A DNA stretch of 64,000 bases. It comes from Ptychomitrium polyphyllum (lineage: Eukaryota). Location of the stretch: positions 12,152,001 through 12,216,000 of the forward strand of contig OZ316776.1 of NCBI GenBank assembly GCA_973851085.1, given 5' to 3'. Of this stretch, positions 57,905-64,000 are shown in pieces (position 1 is the first letter of the stretch; every line of letters begins with the position of its first letter). The notes under the pieces were generated by a model. The model did not search any database, had not been told where the DNA came from, and saw only the letters and a list, made by a program, of their open reading frames with translations. A program made the translations under genes and the position numbers.

Positions 57905-58305
57905 GCTATTTCAAACTGGCGAAAGCGCAGGCGAGGAAGAGCAGCGATTTGCGCAGCACGACGCTACCATCTACGCCTCTCGTAGAATTCGCCTGCTCAC
58001 ATGTCTTTCTGCAGCGAGAAACCTGCTGCGCCCCTAATCCTTTCTGAGCGCTTCTCTTGTCTAGGAGTGGCATAGATCCTGCGGCTTTCTTTTGCTTTCT
58101 GCACCGCGCACAACCGCGGTTTGGTATTTTTCTTTTGGCTTGTAGATTTGGGATTCCTGTTACTTTTGAATTCCCGGCGAGGCTGAGTGGTGTAGGGCAC
58201 ATACTATGGCGGGGGTTACTAATGCCCGGTTCTCAGTTGCAAAATATCTCATTTCCGGGTATGTGAATGGCAAGCCTGTCGTATGCCATTTTCCGTTTTG
58301 AATCA
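57905..58305 (-). promoter_or_regulatory. Candidate CDKB promoter with cell-cycle-type motifs
   Basis: GC-rich region upstream of the long CDKB leader. It contains TTTCAAA (57909-57915) next to GGCGAAA (57918-57924), TTTGAA-TTCCCGGC (58165-58178), and CCGTT-TTGAA (58293-58302). These are short motifs and the TSS is not known. Confidence 0.45.
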
Positions 58306-61300
58306 CCGCCTGCTGTCCCCTAAGGTTTGGTGTTCGAGGGGTGAATGGCTGGTATCTATGATTTCTATAGATCTCTATTGACATTTTACTCTTTTTAATC
58401 GGACTTGGCTTTTTTAACAAGTGTAGTTAAAGATTTGAGGGACCTTTTTATTTTTTGAAGCGTAGTGTGGTCCAGCGGGATATCGGTAGCTGCAGGGTAC
58501 ATATTTAGGTCCGTGGCGTGAGGATGGCGATAGAATGCCCCCCGGTTCTCAATAGTGGAATTTGAAATTGTGATGGTGCGGCTTCAGGGTATCTCTAGGG
58601 CACGGCTACTGGTGATGGACACGTTTCATAATGAAGTAAGTTACAAGGACAGTTTATTCAATGATACCAAATTCAAAGTCTGGGACTTGAAGTTCAACCA
58701 AAGGTCAATTACAATTAAATTCCCATTGGCAGCTATTTTTCCTTGCAAGCATGTACAAGTAGGAAATGTACTCACTAATCGAGTCCCACTTGCTTCTAAT
58801 CTCAACTCATATGGCTTGTCATAGGTGGGTTTGTTGTAACTGTGTGTACATAGGGGGTTCTGGCAATGCAACATGGAGTTCTATGTGAGTTATGGTTCAG
58901 TATCAGGTGGATTGACTCTGCCTCAAATGTTGCATTTTGGCTGAGGGTTCAGGGTTTGAATCAATTGACAGGGCCCACTCTGTTAGTGGCCATAGGTGTG
59001 ACAATCAGGCTTGTCCTCACCTAGAATTTGGTTTCATGACAATAATGATCCCACTTTTAAGACGGGATTGATGTAAGAGCTTTAGTTTTGAAATCACGGC
59101 TGATGGCTCACCAATCAAACATCCATCAAGTAGGGCCTCTATAACTTTGGGATGGTGTTCTTTTTCTCTGAAGACAAGCACAAATATTTTGAATGTTATG
59201 TTGGTTTGGTTTTGTTGTTCCACAGCCCACAAAGAAGATAACCAAACAAATCAGTCCTTTACCAGAGGAAAATAGCCTTGCTTAGTCCTGTATGTAAGAA
59301 TTCTTTCCTTGTCTAGCCAGTCTAATAAGATCAACAATGGGGGGTTTTGGCTCCTTTTCAAGAACAAGGAAGTTGTATTGTATGTTAATGGAATATTAGG
59401 TCAAATTCCATGGAAACACCAAAATGTATTCTATACTTATAAATCAAAGAACATGTTGATAATTTAATAGTAATTAAAAGTTTGGCTTTGGTCAACAGTT
59501 AGGTCCAACTGAAGCTTCATGACCAATCCAAAGGGAAACAGGAACACCAATGAAGGTCAAGAGGAGTGTAAACTGCAGACTAGTCTAGTCATTCATGGAG
59601 GCCACAGGAAGCATGGACTGCCCAATGCCCAGCTTGAATTGAACCTGAATAGTGAATATAGTATTCTAACCATTCACATAATGGAGTGTTCAGAGATGAC
59701 ACCTTAACTTGAAGAAGAGCCCTGACAATGATGATGACAATTGAGATTTGTAATTCAAATTGTAGCTTGCAGTATTTGCAAATTTGAATACAATAAAAAG
59801 ATGGCAGACATACTTTTAAGAAACCAACATCACAAGTCATGTTACATCTGGACAAGCCTGGCAGTGATTTGAGTGGCCACAGAGCAAGATCGAGTTTGAA
59901 GATAACAGAAATTAGACGAGCCTCTGATAATTTGGCCAAGGTTGCTTGATATTCAAAGAGGGGCTGCATGCAGGGTTAAAGATATTCGTTTTTTTTTCTG
60001 AACGCGAGTGAACGAGGACATTCGTTTTTTGCCACAGAAAATATTAAAAAATGGAGACGCACGTAAGTTACTGGAAGTAAGAGCCTTAAGAACCTGGAAA
60101 GCATAAAAATAGAGGAGAAAGAATTGGTAGAAGCATTACTTGGCAAGCCACGAGGCACAAGAGCCAGAGTGGCAAGGCTTTCTTGGAGGGCGGTCCATGA
60201 CAAATTTGGACATGAATCATCTGATTCCTTTAACACATGTCTGGGCAGCTGACTCCGGCGGTACTTGAGGAGGACGGAACATATTGTGTGAGCTTTAGAG
60301 CTGGAAAAACCAAGAAAAATGGGATCTAAAGTCATATTCAAATTCCCAAAACTGCATTTTCAAAACCCGTCCGCCGTAGCAGGAGGAGTCCGGGGACACG
60401 CAGGACTGGAATTACTGGCCATATTCTGTCTTTTCATTGCCCACAACCAGACTTCATTATCCATGCTCGTCACGTAACAACTAAAAGGGTCGGCCTATTT
60501 TTGTGGTGCTCAAATCCGCATGAGATTTCCAAGGTTGACCGGAAGTCAAGCATGGTGCCCTGGATTCTAGAGGCTGTGTGCATTTACAGGAATCTGATCA
60601 GGATGCGAAGGCGGAGAACTGGTGAGCCTGGCCGCCATTGACGATGACTGACGCACTTTGAGTTTCCACAGGTACAGGCTCACAGAGTTCGTTCAGAGAC
60701 CCAGAAGTGAAGGATAATTTATTTGAAATTGCAAATTCAAATCCATAGTGCGGTACACAATGTACTGACATCCCAGGTACTTGATTGCCAGGAAGAAGAA
60801 CGTGAGAAAGATGGCAGAGATAATTCTTATTGCCTTCAATAGGCATTTCCCAGGTAGTGTTTCGTATACAGAGAAAAGAGCAAGTAAAGGCTGGTTAACT
60901 GTAACGTATTTTAATATATCGTGCCAAAAGATTACAGTGTAAGTTGGTTGAGTCCCACAGGAGTAATTTTTTCTTTTTTGAAACAGTGTCACAGGTGTGG
61001 CGATGCATGTGCCTGCACAATGCACGTTGATCATTGTGGGCAGCATCAATGAGTATGCCCGCAAGTGCCCAGGTAAAGAACATGTTGCTGGACAGGACGA
61101 TAATAATAGCTATATTTGTGTGAAACAACTGAACCCAAGTGGAAAAGGCTGTGGTCACTGTTCCGACGAAAACGTCACGCCCCTCTCAGAGGGTTACAAG
61201 CTAGTAATGTGAATGCTTCACAGACAACGTGGTTTCATGTGTCTCTGAGTGTATACCTTGAACGCACGTTTCCACTGGTCCTCCTTGACAGATCCTGGTT

Positions 61301-62929
61301 CAAATCGAAGATACCAATGATCAGGAACAGAGAGACAGGAGGTATACCTTCGAGAATGACCCAGCGGAATCGGGCCACCCTCCTGGAGTTTCTTTCAGAT
61401 ACATGGCTATTGTAAAACTTGGTGATACCCTTGAACCTTCTCTTACTTCGCCCCAGAATCACACTTGAGCATCTGTAAAACCACTAAAGATGAAAATTAG
61501 CATCTTCCAACATTAGAACACCGAAATTTCACACTAGATGTCCACAACACATCTCACACTACGAGAACTCTACGTAGAATTGAAAACAGAAGAAATATGA
61601 AAGTAGGACTTTGAGGATGACCACATTGGGTTCGCAGACTACATTCCCAAAAACCTTGCTCTGGAGTACTTTATGCATATGAAACAAATCCTGCTGACTA
61701 TATCTGTACTGCACTAAAAATTTCTCACGCCTTTCACAGCTTCGGAAGCTCACCAGCTAGCCCTGCCTGCAAGATCCTTCAAATCACAAGTGCAAACTCA
61801 GTATTGCAGCTTTAAGCACTTCAACTCGAAAGATCAAATGTCATCAATTTGAATTTCAATTCAGGAAAATGACTGATACTTATTACATTCATTCCGAATC
61901 ACAAAAGACTTGAACTTCTCACTCCATCAATTTGCTGGTCACAATGACTATATCATCTATGTCACGTGAACAGAGTGATTGAGTGTGGAGATAACTAGGA
62001 AGCTCCAAAATGCGGAGGCTCCACGTACATTGCCTCTGCATTGTATGAAATGATCCTAGACGCAACTATAATCTACAGCAAATAGCAATGCCAGCAGTTC
62101 CAAGTGAAATTCCTGTCCCGGAAATGCACAATGTTGTTTCAAATTTGAGGTTATGAATGAATTTGAAGGCGTGGAATGTACGCTCCAAGTTCGGGTACAT
62201 CCTACACCCTAAACCCTACCCAAATTCAAGCTTTGGCACCGAAAATAAGCTTACGAAACGTAAGCAAAAAATCAACGATTCCTTGAGAAAGACCAAAGAG
62301 AGCCTTTGGAAGCAAGCAGAGATAAGGATGCATCTCCGTCAGCTGGCTAAACAATTCAGAAATTCATAACCAAACAATCATACCTTCTTTTTTGCGTGCC
62401 TGACCACAACTGTACCATCGATCCCTCAATCGACAATAAAAATCACATCGCCCTTGTATCTAGCATCCCAAATATCAAAGGAACAGAAAGCAGCATCAGC
62501 GATTAAGAACGATGACGAAGAGCAAGAGTAAGAGCAGAATTGCCCTACCCCACAACGAAACAAACAATGAAGACGGATGACGATTAAAAAAGAAGACACA
62601 ACTAAGCTGGCAACCATATGCGCTACGCGTTGTACGTTCTCCAAACGAGCTTGATGACAATTGAAAACAAATGCTGAAGCCACATTCACATACTTGCCAA
62701 TCTTCGGACTATGCTACCAAAAGTAAGCTGTCCGAAAGGTTCAATTTCCAAGTCCATCTTGCCCTTCCGCACATCGGCACTGAAAACCAATCCTCATTAC
62801 ATGATGTCGATCGAAAACTCTAGTTGAGCTCCACGCAACATCATATCCAATCATGCACAGGCCAAATGTTGTTGAAGGTACGATCCTTGAAAAAGTCGGC
62901 TCCCCTGACGAACTCACCACCTACTCTCG

Positions 62930-63032
62930 CCATCTGAACTTCCCATCTGAACTTCCCATCTGAACTTCCCATCTGAACTTCCCATCTGAACTTCCCATCT
63001 GAACTTCCCATCTGAACTCGCCAGCTGAACTC
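62930..63032. repeat. 13-bp minisatellite (CCATCTGAACTTC) x6 perfect plus 2 diverged copies
   Basis: Read directly. The last copies are CCATCTGAACTCG and CCAGCTGAACTC. Confidence 0.95.
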
Positions 63033-63354
63033 AACAAATGAGTCACCAAATGAACCGATCTATCGCAGGGATGATGTTGCAGCGAGTTGCAGCGCCATCG
63101 CAATGCGCAGGATGTTGAAAGTCTGGAGATGTAGACACTGCGGTCGAGCTCTGGGCCTCGATAGAGCCTGTGTAAAGAAAGTCACCGGATCATGTCACAT
63201 GTGAGACGGACTCGTGCGCCAAGCGTGAGCAATTGGGTGAAATGCACAACAAACAAACAGTGAAGATGGTGTCGTGGCCGCCATCGCCAGGGAACGCCTG
63301 GTCGCTTCTGCGACGGATCCACCTGGTCGACCGACTGTCTTGTGCCCACGCCGT

Positions 63355-63386
63355 CGAATCGGAATCGGAATCGGAATCAGAATCGG
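63355..63386. repeat. Hexamer microsatellite (GGAATC)n, ~5 copies
   Basis: cgaatcggaatcggaatcggaatcagaatcgg. Confidence 0.85.
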
Positions 63387-64000
63387 GGCTTCTTTCATTG
63401 GGGCTTCACGGGATGATCATGTCTCGGTTCGCTTCGTCATTTTTCATCCACCGAACCCCATGGATGGACTTCCACGCGCCCGTTTCTCCTTGGTCCATAG
63501 CGTGGCTATTTTGTTTTCCAGCTTTTCCAGTTTCAGTCGAAGGTCTCATGGCAAGTATGGGGACTCTTCTTCTTGTTGGCGAGCTTCTCAAATATCGCAA
63601 ATTGGAACTACATTTTATTGGAATCTTGCAAACAAACATTCACTTTATTTTCTTTCATTTGTATTAAAACTTGATTATAGTTGTCAAAATGAATAGCATC
63701 ATTTTAAAAAATATCTTCAGCTTATTATATTTTCTTGAAGAAAATCATTTAATTGGTTTTATAAGAATCTTTTATTAATACAATTTTGCAAAGACTACTT
63801 TATTAGATAAAAGAATTTTATGCTAAAAAATTTAGCATCTTTTAAATCTATTGCAATCACATTACGGGTGCAATTGTTTCATCGAAAATTTCTACACATG
63901 ATTATATATTTTAAATTTCCATTAAAATTCCATTATATATATATATAAAATCTTGGTTGTTCTTTAATTCCAAATATGGTGCAAATAAAATGTTCACAAT

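Noticed and set aside
60997..61212. 71-aa Cys-containing plus-strand ORF as a secreted peptide
   Set aside because: No clear signal peptide or known Cys spacing, and splice-like signals in the region favour the minus strand.
62205..62220. Telomere-like CCCTAAACCCTA
   Set aside because: Under two units; at most an isolated telo-box, not an interstitial telomeric array.

Overview
Eukaryotic, intron-rich land-plant DNA, most consistent with a moss or other bryophyte (inferred from protein style, GC-rich 5' gene ends and the chromovirus type; the species cannot be determined). The window holds: the 5' end of a plastid ADP-glucose pyrophosphorylase large-subunit gene (-); a decayed Ty3/Gypsy chromovirus (-) with a clean 1145-bp solo-LTR-like insertion splitting its integrase; a two-exon acidic/coiled-coil gene (+) with a GC-AG intron; an intronless glutathione peroxidase (+) preceded by 38 perfect GAGACCAT repeats; an ~18-exon kinesin-4 gene (-) with an intact motor but an eroded, apparently truncated stalk; a complete 8-exon B-type CDK (-, PSTALRE); and several minisatellites. 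Exon boundaries were traced by hand from GT/GC-AG sites and frame continuity. I saw no prokaryotic system, CRISPR array or RNA gene, and no clearly new biological system. The best leads are the truncated kinesin-4 next to CDKB, the repeat array upstream of GPX, and the nested LTR.
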